A DNA stretch of 64,000 nt. Source: Paraspadella gotoi (taxonomy: Eukaryota; Animalia; Chaetognatha). Location: contig CM119266.1 in NCBI GenBank assembly GCA_051294375.1, positions 935,554 to 999,553 on the forward strand. The letters are read 5' to 3'. A program made the position numbers and the translations under genes. Shown one piece after another: positions 24,851-36,271 of the stretch (its first letter is position 1; the number at the start of each line of letters is the position of its first letter). The notes under the pieces were generated by a model. That model was not told the DNA's origin. It made no database searches and saw only the letters and a program-made list of their open reading frames with translations.

Positions 24851-27116
24851 ATTGATTGATTCATCTTACCAGACTCCCCGACGAAAAAACTCTCATCTCC
24901 ATCTCCTCTTTCTCTCTTCTCATATGATTGATTGATTTATTGATTGATTGATTCATCTTACCAGACTCCTCAACAAAAAAACCCTCATCTCAATCTCCTA
25001 TTTCTCTCTTCTCATTTGATTGGTTGATTGATTGATTGATTGATTCATCTTACCAGACTCCCCGACGAAAAAACTTTCATCTCTGTCTCCTCCTCCTCTC
25101 TTCTCATTTGATTGATTGATTGATTGATTGAATAATTGATTGATTCATCTTACCAGACTCCCCGACGAAAAAACTTTCATCTCCATCTCCTCTTTCTCTT
25201 TTCTCTTTTGATTGATTCATTGATTGATTGATTGATTCATCTTACCAGACTCCCCAACGAAAAAACTTTCATCTCCATCTCCTCTTTCTCTTTTCTCTTT
25301 TGATTGATTCATTGATTGATTGATTGATTGATTCATCTTACCAGACTCCCCGACGAAAAAACTTTCATCTCCATCTCTTCTTTTTCTTTTCTCATTTTCA
25401 TTTTTTCTTTCGATTTTTCTTTTTCCTCTTCTCCTCCGATCGAATCGAAATCCACCGAATCTCTAAACCAATTAATATATATATATATATTTGGAATAAT
25501 TCAAATTCAGAAGAAACGATTTAAAAAAAAAAATTGTTCCATTTTAAAGGTTTGTATTTTTACCTTAAGTTAAATTCGCAATCATTATTTCAAATGGTTT
25601 ACTTCTTGTCATGCTCTAAAAAAACATTGAAAGAAAAAAGTTTGTATTTTAAAGTTAACGTTCGAAAGTTTTAAAATTAACTTTTGAAAGTTTTTGACAG
25701 CCGTCTAACGATTCTAAATTTTGTTAGACGAAAGTCATCGAAAGTTAGAAGTGGCTTTTTTAACGACGTTTTAACCAAGGTTAATAATCTTTTTGGTTAA
25801 TAATCTTTTTGGTTAATAATCTTTTTGAAAGAGGACATAAGCTCAAAAGTCCGACTGTTCCAAAATCCCTGCGAGTAAAAAATCTTCTTTTTTTTCGTTT
25901 TCACAAAACAATACTAAACAGTAAACATAGTTCAATTCAAACATTTCAATAATTTCAAAAAAATATTCTTTTAAATTTGTAATCAAGAGTGAAAGCCTGT
26001 CCGCGTAGCATAACATCCAACTAATGTTTCATTTATGACATCAATTATATAAAGTTCTCAACTCTACTCGCTTCAATCTCACTCACCCGATCTTACCTTA
26101 CCTTACCTTACTTTACTTTACTTTACTTTACCTTACCTTACCTTACCTTACCTTACCTTACCTTACCTTACTTTAATTTAATTTATTTACTTTACCTTAC
26201 CTACCTGACCTTACCTTACCGGACCTTACCTTGCCTTACCTTACCTTACCTTACCTTACCTTACCTTTCCTGACCTTACCTTGCCTTACCTTACCTTACC
26301 TTAACCTTACCTTACCTTTCCTGACCTTACCTTACCTTACCTTACCTTTACCTTAACCTTACCTTTCCTGACCTTACCTTACCTTACCTTACCTTACCTT
26401 ACCTTACCTCACCTTACCTTACCTTACCTTTCGTAACCAAAGTTCGTCTTTCCGCGGTTTTCTCCGTCGTCGTCGTCGTCGTCTTCGTCGTAACGACGTC
26501 TCATTTCGTCCTCATTTCTCGTCCCGTTACGACGAACTTCCTCGTCGTAACGACGAATCTCTTCTCCCTCCTCGTCGCCATAACGACGCGGCGTGTTCGA
26601 AGCCTCGTCCCGGAATTCCCTGTAACGAACGTCGGCGCCTCGTCCGAGAGACGCACCGACTGTCGAAATCACACATTACAAATTGGAAAGGGAATTCCGA
26701 GGTGTGTTGCTCCACGAGATCATATTTCCAAGTGATCACGTGACTACAAAAGTACGAAACATATGAACAAGAAGTTTCTCGAGTTCCCGCCTCCGTGTGC
26801 CAAATATTTAAAAAGAAAAATAATTATTTAAAAAGATAAGGACATACCCAAAGACAGTAAATAAACAGGCCCGAATAATAGAGTACTCGCGGCGCAACTA
26901 AAACTGGTTCTAACCATTTTCACGCCGATCGCTCCGACGGCGCCGATCTTCGCGCCGACGCCGACTTGCGGCGCCGGTCTCCTCAAAATCCGGCGTCGCC
27001 ACGTTCAATTGCGCCGTCGAAACGTCGAAGACGTCGTCGTCGTCGTCGTCGTCGTCGTATCTCGAGGCGTCATTTCGGTGGGGGAAGTTGTCTTTTCTTT
27101 CTCTCTTTCTTCGCAT
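14832..27116 (-). CDS. Transmembrane channel-like (TMC family) protein, about 20 exons; 5' exons uncertain
   Basis: TMC motifs in order across exons: [21 protein letters not shown] / [12 protein letters not shown] (~23420-23710); [19 protein letters not shown] (~20130-20195); [11 protein letters not shown] (~19440); RLAINL; [27 protein letters not shown] (~18400-18520); [11 protein letters not shown] (~17450); [12 protein letters not shown] (~16900); [14 protein letters not shown] (~16650); WMGMFFCP (~16350); PSKDCGPF (~15770). The last exon 14832-14988 ends in TGA. The start ATG at 27116 is tentative, and at least one indel is needed in the low-complexity N-terminal exons. Confidence 0.88.
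17840..18094 (-). mobile_element. Solo LTR (255 bp) of a second, related LTR family
   Basis: The minus strand reads TGTGGCGGT...TTGCCATA. It is flanked by ACAT on both sides (17836-17839, 18095-18098), i.e. ATGT in element orientation. It shares motif blocks with the TRIM LTR. Confidence 0.88.
19556..19724 (-). mobile_element. tRNA-derived SINE-like repeat, copy 1
   Basis: The minus strand starts GCGGCCATTGGTGCCGGAGG (A-box-like), has a CCC anticodon-like loop and a GGTTTTATCCC B-box-like T arm, then a structured tail. A near-identical copy is at 34376-34546. Confidence 0.7.
20699..21400. mobile_element. MITE-like element with 23-bp TIRs in a TMC intron
   Basis: CATCACGCATAAAACGGGGTAAA at 20699-20721 and its exact reverse complement at 21378-21400. 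A TA flank is visible on the right side only. Confidence 0.6.
21780..22195. repeat. (GAAGA)n purine satellite forming the pyrimidine tract of a TMC acceptor
   Basis: Seen directly in the sequence. Confidence 0.9.
22780..23078 (-). mobile_element. Helentron-associated (HINE/DINE-like) non-autonomous element
   Basis: GACA/GACG microsatellite followed by ccgacaaagtgaattatag-AGTCGG-gatctg...cagat-CCGACT-aaaaa hairpin end in an A/T run. Relatives at about 1960-2235, 37075-37385 and 48870-49000. Confidence 0.6.
24420..25400. repeat. Compound minisatellite, about 9 units of ~100-120 bp
   Basis: Unit is (GATT)n + catct(c/t)accagactccccgacgaaaaaactttcatctccatctcctctttctcttttctc. Confidence 0.9.
26090..26427. 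repeat. (CCTTA)n pentanucleotide satellite, i.e. (GTAAG)n on the TMC sense strand
   Basis: About 335 bp of CCTTA with variants, directly abutting the exon that ends at 26428. Confidence 0.9.
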
Positions 27117-27288
27117 TTGTTTGTTAGTTGGTTTATATATCAATTTCAGAAACCACAGTTAAGTAAAAATTGCAATTTATTTGGACGAGTTCAATTTAAA
27201 AGACGTAAGTTGTGTTGACGGAACAAAAAGTAGGGAAAACCGTGTGAGTAAAGGAAGGCAGGGATCGGGAGGACTTGAAACCCACAGA

Positions 27289-27343
<55 letters not shown>

Positions 27344-28877
27344 TTTTTTTTTTTAGATAAGCCGAGCAGAATTTTAACCTTTGTAATCAATGCTTGTTTT
27401 TTTATTGATTTTTCATTCTACTTTTTTATTTTGAATTATCTGAGACTTTCTGTGGCGAGGTAGGATTTATTTGACTGTAATTCTGTTGAAGTTAAATCCG
27501 ACTACATTTGAATATATGAAATTGGTACAACCAATATAAAAATTATCCATTCATTTAATAAATAAGCTATCTTGCCCCTGACTTTGGACAGGCTTTGGTG
27601 GTTTTATGTTAGTAACAAACTTTCTTTCTTTGAAAGAAATAGTAATTTGAGCTGTTGGACATAAAAAAAACCAACGCGCTGCAAAAAATCGCAATCAAAT
27701 GAACAAGTTGTTACTCATTTGTTTGATTGACTGTGGACTTGCTACAACAAATTCTTAACTAATTCTTAACTAATTCTTAGGCAAAACAACCAATTTAAAA
27801 ATTATCCATTTCATTTTTTTATGTATATTTCCTTTATCACGCTCGTTATTCTTTATTATGTTTGCTTTACTAAGCTAAAAACAAGATTCGCTTAAAACAT
27901 ATTGATATCCTTGTGACAACACATTCTCTATCGCCACCCGCCTGACTCCATCTGCGCAGCCCCGTTGGAGTCAGAGGGCGGATTCTCTCTTCCCACCAAA
28001 CGGTCTCGCGTTCGCGACCCTTTAGTGTCAATACTTGTAAGCTGGACGGGACGTCTCACCCACCTCTAGTGCAGGACTAATGTTAGGTACAGAGTTCAGA
28101 AACTGGCACATAACCGCTGGCATTTTTTCCTGTCGTGTGGCACTAAATCTCTGGACGACGAAATTTATACTTTCTCTTTCGAAAACCAGTTGAGATCCTC
28201 TGACGAGAGAAAAGAGACTCGAAATCTTATTAATTTTATTAAATGCAATTAACATTTTTGCGGCGACAGTCATGATAAACGGCTTGATTAATCTTTAATT
28301 TTTTTTTACGGGGTTGCTAAATAATTAAAAATGAAGGAGATCAGGCGAGGCAGGACAGATGGTTCTTGAGTAGCGGGCTGTTTCACCGGTTGGCGTGAGA
28401 AACTTCGAAGTTTTATGTTGTCTCTTTCTATTGGCGCGGGCCATTTATTCTTAAGATGGGGACTTGAGGAATTGAATTACGTAGAAATCAGAACGCATTA
28501 CAGAGATGATGGTTCTGCACGATAACAAATGACCAAAACAACTACTCGAGCGCTGAGCACTATCAAATACAAATTCGATAGAACTCCAAATACCTGAAAA
28601 ATATTAAAGATCCAAGCAGCACTACAAATTCGAATTCTGATTCTGTCTATTTCGGTTTATTTCCCTGAACTTCATTGCATACTACAATGCATAGTGATAA
28701 TTTTGTACGACTAGACACGGAGACAGATTTTTGTAAATCACAGACTTTTTTTATATTTTTGTACAGGTCAAGAAAATGTTGAAAGAGAAAGATTACTATC
28801 TAGGAAAAAAGTTAAAAACCTTTTTAATTGAGGATATCTACTCGAAAACTTGCTCGATTTTTAAAAAATCAGGATGT

Positions 28878-29615
28878 TGTGGCAGCAAGACTTAAAGCTG
28901 CCTCACTGCTGTCCATCCTCAGCCTCGTCTCAATGGCTGAGCAGGCTAAATCATCTCATTCCATCCGTGCGTCCCGGGTTCAATCCCTGGGTATCCCGGT
29001 TCTGGCTTAAATGTGACGGTGCCGGTATAAACATGCCAGTGACAGGAGGCGGTCACTGAGGGTCCGCAGCCCCTATGCCAGTTGGTGAGATACCCGCGCC
29101 CCGGGTATCACAGGCTATCCTCCCGTTGCCATAAGTGGTGAGCCCTACTCTCGAACACGCAACCGCTGCGCACCGTGCGCCCACGCTTACGTCGCTTAGG
29201 GTATGCATATCACGCCTATGCCCTACTTCTCTGGTAACGCTCCAGACTCGCTCGCTCGCTCGCCCGCTCACTCTCACTATGGCAATGAGATCAAAACCTT
29301 CTCTCAGACATCTCCTCAGGATTGAGGCCCCTGTGGAGAAGTCTGGTGGGGGGGATCCTGTGGCAGCAAGACTTAAAGCTGCCTCACTGCTGTCCATCCT
29401 CAGCCTCGTCTCAATGGCTGAGCAGGCTAAATCATCTCATTCCATCCGTGCGTCCCGGGTTCAATCCCTGGGTATCCCGGTTCTGGCTTAAATGTGACGG
29501 TGCCGGTATAAACATGCCAGTGACAGGAGGCGGTCACTGAGGGTCCGCAGCCCCTATGCCAGTTGGTGAGATACCCCGCGCCCCGGGTATCACAGGCTAT
29601 CCTCCCGTTGCCATA
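28878..29615 (+). mobile_element. TRIM (non-autonomous LTR retrotransposon), 738 bp, with tRNA-like LTRs
   Basis: Direct repeats 28878-29133 (256 bp) and 29359-29615 (257 bp), identical by eye except one extra C. Ends are TGTGGCA...TGCCATA. PBS-like TGGTGAGCCC lies 2 nt after the 5' LTR (29136). PPT-like GGTGGGGGGGA precedes the 3' LTR. 4-bp TSD ATGT at 28874-28877 and 29616-29619. The 225-bp interior has no recognisable gene. Confidence 0.93.
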
Positions 29616-29830
29616 ATGTTTCAGATTCTACACTAAATTTCCTTTCAGTTGCTTCCTTCCATTTTTTCGTAGATCCAACCGTATAGAAGTTAGAGGCAAA
29701 ATAAGATTGCTACCTCAAGTGAAAAATGGCGGAAAAAATCGCCTTTAGTTTTCCACAATTCTTGGTATTGAGTTATTTGTTTCTATTTCAAATTGAGTTA
29801 GTTATTTTTTTCATTTTTTTAAATTTGGTT

Positions 29831-30861
29831 ATGCCGAATAGACAGCCCTTCTCTTTGGTTCATAAAGGTGCAATTGTAGCTCTGAGAAAAGAGGGAAAGA
29901 CGCAACAATTCATCAGCAATAGACTTGGAATCCCTCGTTCCACCATTGCAAATTTTTTACGGCGATACAACAAATCAAAAACATTTGGTGTGTCAGCATG
30001 CTCTGGAAGACCAAAAAGTACCACACCAGCTCAAGACCAGATTCTTGAAAGACTCTGCTTAGCGGATCGAAAAAAGTCGGCGTCTGAGCTGAATAAGGAA
30101 TGGAGGAAAGCTACAAAGCACCGCGTTAATGTTGATCGAAGAACGGTCAACAACCGTCTGGTCGCAGCAGGACTTTCAGCTCGTACACCTCGAAAGACAA
30201 GCTTAAAGACAGAGAAAATCAAAGCAAAGCGTCTCAAGTTTGCACAAGATCATCTCCATTGGTCCGTCGCTGACTGGTCAAAGGTTGCCTTCTCTGATGA
30301 ATCGTGGATTCAGATTCGAGAAAATGGCAGGTTGCAGTTTATTCGGCGTCGCTCTGGTGAAGCTTTTCTTTCGGAGTGTGTCGCAACTACAACGAAGCAC
30401 CCGGTCAAAATCATGGTCTTTGGTGCCATCACAAGGACGAAAAAAAGCAAGCTGGTTTTTGTCAATGGCACCATCAATGCAGTACGTTATCAGGACATAT
30501 TAAAGAAGGCAAACATAAAATCTTTTCTGAAGCGCGGAAATCGTGGATCCTATCGCTTTATGGAAGACGGAGCTCCTGCGCATAGAGCCGCTACGACGAA
30601 GCAGTGGCATGCCAATCATCATATCAACTTATTCTCTGGTTGGCCGGGGAACTCCCCGATCTCAATCCAATTGAATCGCTTTGGTCGCAGATGAAAAAGA
30701 TGCAAAGTCGAGAACGCGCAACATCAACATCGGGGCTGAAAAGAATTGCGCTAAAGGTGTGGAAAAACATTTCACCTTCGTACCTCAATTCGCTTTACGA
30801 GAGCATGCCCAGACGAATGCAGGCAGTGGTCGATGCCGAGGGAGGGCATACCAAATATTGA
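29831..30861 (+). CDS. Tc1-like DDE transposase with one 1-bp deletion near 30655 (assembly error or pseudogene)
   Basis: MPNRQPFS start; paired-like HTH region with GRPK; catalytic FSDES, FMEDGAPAH and WPGNSP|DLNPIE; C-terminal LYESMPRRMQAVVDAEGGHTKY. One C missing from a C-run splits ORFs 29726-30694 and 30604-30861. Confidence 0.92.
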
Positions 30862-31079
30862 GAATGTTTTACCCATGTTTTGTATATTTTTTATTGAATA
30901 AATGAACTTTTAAAAAAAAATGTTTCTAACTTTTTTCCTAGATAGTAAAAAAAAAACAGTCAATGAATTATTACACAAAACTCCTTTTTTCTTCCATTTT
31001 ATTTTTACGTGTCACGATTCTTTCCGTCGATATTTCGTCGCGTTTCTCGTTTCACTTTCCTTCAGTCTCACGTGATTGA

Positions 31080-31834
31080 TCAAGTGATCAAAGAAATCGG
31101 CCGATCGTATTCATGTTGTTGTTGTTGTTTTGGGTCCACCCCGTCGTCGGCCCAAGACTTCCGCTCGTCCAACGGGTACGAACTCCACGAATCATAACCC
31201 GAGGATCGAGAAGATTTTGGAGAATCGCGAAGGACGAGAAACGCCGCCGGAGACGCCGTTGACGCCGGGAACTTCGTTTCAGAATCGGCGCCGGACGCAT
31301 TCGAGACGCCAGCGCACGACGCCGGATTAACGGGCGGCGATCGAAACAAAGATTTAGAGGACGACGATAACAACGACTCGGATGGGGAAGACGACGTTGA
31401 CGACGCCATCGAAGACGACTTCGATGAAGATGACGCTAACAGCGGTGACGTCGCCCTGGAGGATGGCCAGGCCATTGACGGCGTCGAGTTGAAAGATGGC
31501 GACACTGACAACGAATATGCAGACGTTGTCTTTGACGATTGCGCCAACAACGATTGCGCCAACAACGATTGCGCCAACAACGGTGACGACGACGCGTGAA
31601 ATGACGTCTCGCTCGATGACGAAGGCAACCCATCGATGTTGGACATTTCTTTTCTGTATAATATTTAATATACGTGATATTTAATATTTCATTAAATTTA
31701 AAGCACGTTTATATCTCAGTGTTTTGGGTTCTACTGTTCATTCATCCCCCAGTTTATCTCGACAATAGAATCTAACCTTTCAGATGTGAGCAAAATGACG
31801 GTAGATGCCGTTGCGGACAAAGGTGACGAAAACG

Positions 31835-31874
<40 letters not shown>

Positions 31875-31952
31875 ATATCCTTCGAAGGAGTTGAAACCTC
31901 GTTTGGTCATTTGGGAAGGCCTGAGTACAAAAAAAAATAGAAACAAAAATCA

Positions 31953-32040
<88 letters not shown>

Positions 32041-35000
32041 AAAACCCACCCCCGCTCACCGGTCCTGCTCCGAATTTATTCCGGTTTCAACTGATTCGTC
32101 ATTGTCGTCGTAGTTGGACATTTGAGCCTCAATTTGAGGCAGAATGATGTGGATTGGTTCATTTTCGACATAAAAGCATTGCGGCTCGGGCGGCCTGGGA
32201 ACGATTTATAGATAGGTATCGGTACAATAGTTTTCTCGGATCAAAAGGCTTATTTATTTAAATGAATGGGTAAATTTATATTGGTTGTAACAATTACATA
32301 GAAATTAAGTTCTAGTAGTATTTCCTAAGCTAACGTTTATCTTTTATACAATTTAAAAACTACATATATTTGGGAGTCGAATACTTGGACTGTAAAAGAG
32401 GTCTTGATTGATAGATTGCAGGACCGTGACTTGAAATTATCTTGTAAAAGAAATGGGATATCTGAAAATTGGCGCAAGGTTCATTTATCTCCCCTTTTCC
32501 CCTTTTTTCCTCACCCAAACACTTCGGGTCTCGGATCCGCGAAAACCGAAAATTGTCTCGTCAATGTTTTCGACGTTCGGTTCCATCTTCGCGCGACGAC
32601 GATGACGACGACGACGAAGATGAAGACGACGACAAATGCGACGACGAAGATGACGTTGACGATGCCGACGCCGCCGCCGTCGCCGACGTAGCCGCCGGCG
32701 TTGACGATGCCGACGCCGCCGACGCCACCGGCGTTGTCGACGCCGCCGACGCCGACGGCGTCACCCCTATCTAGGCGAACGACGTCGTACTGTCCGGCGT
32801 GACAGACTCGAAGACGAGAGCGCCGCCGCTGATGAGGCGTTCCCCGCGGCGTCGCGATCGTCGCCATCGTCCACATGGGCGCCGGAATGACGACCGACGA
32901 GTTGGTTTCGCGGTGGCGCCAATTCAAGGTAGGGGCGGCGTCTTTGTGATCGACGAGAACGACGCCGTCTCTTCAAATATTTAAATGAAATTACAAGAAT
33001 ACATTTTAAAAAAATGAAAAAAAAATAAATTGATAAATTATTAAATAATTAAAGGGAAACTATTGAATTTTTCATTATATAGTCACTACGCGAGTCTGCG
33101 TTATTGATGTGATTGCTCGTCTCCTTCTCGAATCATCAGAAAGCCGACGAATCACAGACCTTACTTCAACCTTAGACTGACCAATGGCAATGACCAATGC
33201 CCGACAAAGAGACTAAAGGGTCTACGGCCAGGATTGCCGAGGGATCTAGAGGAATTCTTCTTAACATTCAAACTCAAATAATTATTGAATAATTAAATAT
33301 TTGTAATTACCTTTGTCATTACCTTTGTCATAACCTTTATCATTGTCCGTCGTTAATAAAACTGTTGTCAACCTAATAGTTGCCCTCGCCGATTAATTAA
33401 TTAATTAATTATTTGACTAAACGTCAACGGGAATTAGTACAAAGAAATAAATATATCAAACACCTCAACATGCAAATTAGATTTTTACGTCCCTCACTGA
33501 CCGACTCTCCTCCGGCGACGCGCACTCAGTCGGCGTCGCGATTTCCATCTTTGTTTCTCCGGCGCCGAATTTCGTTCCTTCGACGGAAACGATGATTTCA
33601 GCGCCCGGAGGCGGCGGCGGCGCCAAAGTTTCGCCGCAGACGCAAACCGGCGCTTTTTCGTCCTCGTGATCGGCGTTGTTCGTCGCCGAGAGGATGCCGC
33701 GGATAGGCCACGGCTTGGGAATGGCGCCGCTTCGACTCAGGCTGCCAACGGCAATGGCGCCAACGCTGAAGGCGCGACAGTCGCACCGAATATTCTTGCG
33801 GAGCAGTTTGCCCGTCCACGCCTCCTTCAAGGAATATCGGAAGTCGGAGACGTTCCCGCAAACCGGAGGAGGCGGACTCCACAGCAACAGCAACATCTTC
33901 GTCGCGCCTTCGACGGCGACGAACCGATGAAGAATTTGCGGCGCGCAGTTGGGACGGTAGGGCGCCGACGGGTCCGACGGCGCTAAGAAAGACGCCGCGG
34001 AATTGTGGCGGCGCCAGCGGCGCCACGAGGAGGAGACGGCGTCGACATGATGACCGCTTTGTCGAATCTCGAGGATGAGTCGGAAGGAAGTGGGGAAGAA
34101 GTCGATGGGGAGTTCGGTGAAGACTGAGAAGGGGAAGGGGAGGGTCAAACACTATTTATTTATTGATTCAGTTATTAATTCATTGATTTCTTCATTGTTG
34201 ATCCTTTCATACATTTATCCTTTCAATGGTTTTAATGTTGACAATGTTATTCATTAATTTTTTTCGTTTATTGACTTTTTTATTTCAATCTCTAGTAGGT
34301 TCTCCTTTTTCCGTTTTTCCGATTAATCACTAATGAATCACTTGAAGAGACAGTAATGATTGTTGTCTGTTAGTGCCAGAACCGTTCAATATAAGCAGTC
34401 CCTGAGCTTCGGATCAGGCTGTAACACCGTGTTACAGGCGGGTTAAGCGCCCCGTCCCTCTTAACTGCTGGGCGACCACCGGGCTAGAACCCCGGACCTT
34501 TGGGTTGGGAGACGAATGACTTGCCTCCGGCACCAATGGCCGCTGATGAATGGTTGGTGGATTTTAGTCCACCATACACTTTTTATTTCCTACCTATCGG
34601 TCATTTTTTAGTTAGTCATTCATTAATTCATTTATCGACCCATTCGTTAATTCATTCTTTATTCAATTAATTAAATCCTTGATCATTATTCATTTCCCTC
34701 CGACCTATCATTGTTTACGTTACGACACCAGGTTTCACACGCGCGACCTCTCTTTACACATTCGTTAATTCATTCTTTATTAATCTTTTCCTTCCGACCT
34801 ACCATTTCCATTTCCATTTCCATTTCCATTTCCATTTCCATTTCCATTCTCCACCTCCATCTTTCTCAACGCTGTCCTCTTCCACGATCTCCACTCCACG
34901 AACCACGAGGCTCTGGGTCCGTAGAAACGGAGGAAATCTTCCTGCCACTTGGCGTTGGCGGCGCCCAATGACGCCGTCAGCTTGGGGACGCCGCCGACGC

Positions 35001-36271
35001 CGGTCGTGACGCTGAGTAAATCGATAGGGAGAAAAAAAAGGATAAGAGCAGCTACGGTATTTCTAAAATGTAATATGAAATTAATATTTAATACAATTGA
35101 AAAAGCTCAAAAAAATATTATCCCACTAAATTGATAGGGAAGCTTGGAGACTGAGAGAGCCTCAATTTAAAGCTTGGATTGTGGCGTTAACCTACCATAA
35201 CCTGTCCAAAGTCATGCTCGTTTATTAAATGAAGGAATAGTTTTAATATTTGTTGAACTTATTATTTAGAACAACAAAATCCCGAAAATTTATTCGAGGA
35301 AGAGCGAAATAGCTATGCTGCAACTACAGCAACAGAAATAGGGCAAACCGACCAAATTTAAATTTTAATGGGAACAGCATTAAAGAAATCCATTATTGGT
35401 ATTAGTTAAGTTTTTTTAATATATTCTGATTCTGAATTACAACTTCTTAAAATTTTGATGTTTTATTTAAAAGTAAAAAAATTCCAAAAAAATTTGACAT
35501 TTTCTATTTATAAATAAATATTAAAAAATTAATTACTAGTGCTTCGAGCCATTATAGAAAATTTTGGTCCATTGAAAGTTTTCTCAGAAATGTCTGAAGT
35601 TTTATTTGGGAAGGTTTGGTCCCAAATCAAATTTCCGATCCATCCCATTGACACATATTGGCCCCAACAGAAACCCTTACAACAACAACAACAGCCTCCT
35701 ACCGGAATTCTTCCGGAAATCGCGCCGCGTAGATGTGAAAAAAATGTGAATTTCCGGCGGCCGAGGATTCGTGTTGTAGTCGATATATGAGGATGAGTTG
35801 AAATTTGAATCGGTCAAAGCGAAGATTCGCTTTCGATCTGGTGACTCTGATCGTCGCCGATCGATTTAAAATGGCAAGAGAGGCGGCGGAAGCGGCGGAA
35901 GCGGCGGAAGCGGCAGTTATGGCGGGGCTATTGTCCACGCAATTGACAAGTAGATCGTCGTCGGGATTAAAAGCAAAGTCGTTGCACAAAGATGTCGTAG
36001 AATTGGACTCCAACCCCAAACTCGTCGTCAAATTGTTCCACGACTTTCGTTCGACGACGAGGATCTCAACGACCACGCCACCTTCGTTCGCCTCCAGCGC
36101 CAGTTCCTGCGTCTCCGCGTCATCGAGTCGGTCGCAGATCGGCGAAGGGCGCGAGGAGACGTCGGCGCAGTCGCCGGGACGACGGGAGACGAAGAAGAGG
36201 AGGGAAGAAGAGGAAGAGGAGGAGGACAACAACAGCGAGAGGAAGACGCCGAGACAGAGAATAGACGACAT
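31080..36271 (-). CDS. Putative secreted or single-pass receptor-like protein with an FN3-like segment and a Ser-rich tail; model incomplete
   Basis: GC-rich open exons: 35701-36271 (MSSILCLGVFLSLLL, signal-peptide-like); ~34855-35010; ~33490-34105 (LLLWSPPPPVCGNVSDFRY, FN3-like); ~32530-32980; 32060-32196; ~31777-31920; 31080-31653 (ends HEYDRPISLIT-stop). The last three exons are phase-compatible with GT-AG ends. The middle needs indels. Confidence 0.5.
34376..34546 (-). mobile_element. tRNA-derived SINE-like repeat, copy 2
   Basis: Colinear with 19556-19724 with only scattered substitutions; B-box-like GGTTCTAGCCC. Confidence 0.7.

Larger units (their letters stand above)
28796..30945 (+). 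mobile_element. Tc1/mariner-superfamily DNA transposon (DD35E), full length, with a TRIM inserted in its 5' region
   Basis: TIRs CTATCTAGGAAAAAAGTTA(A/G)AAAC at 28796 and (reverse complement) ending at 30945, both flanked by TA. Length without the nested TRIM is about 1.4 kb. Confidence 0.93.

Noticed and set aside
24420-25400. CRISPR-like repeat-spacer array
   Set aside because: The intervening parts are (GATT)n microsatellite, not unique spacers. The context is eukaryotic with no cas genes.
26090-26427. Insect-type telomeric repeat
   Set aside because: The unit is TAAGG/CCTTA, not TTAGG/CCTAA, and it lies inside an intron.
29053-29540. ORFs inside the TRIM
   Set aside because: No gag, protease, RT or integrase motifs; likely chance ORFs in GC-rich structured DNA.
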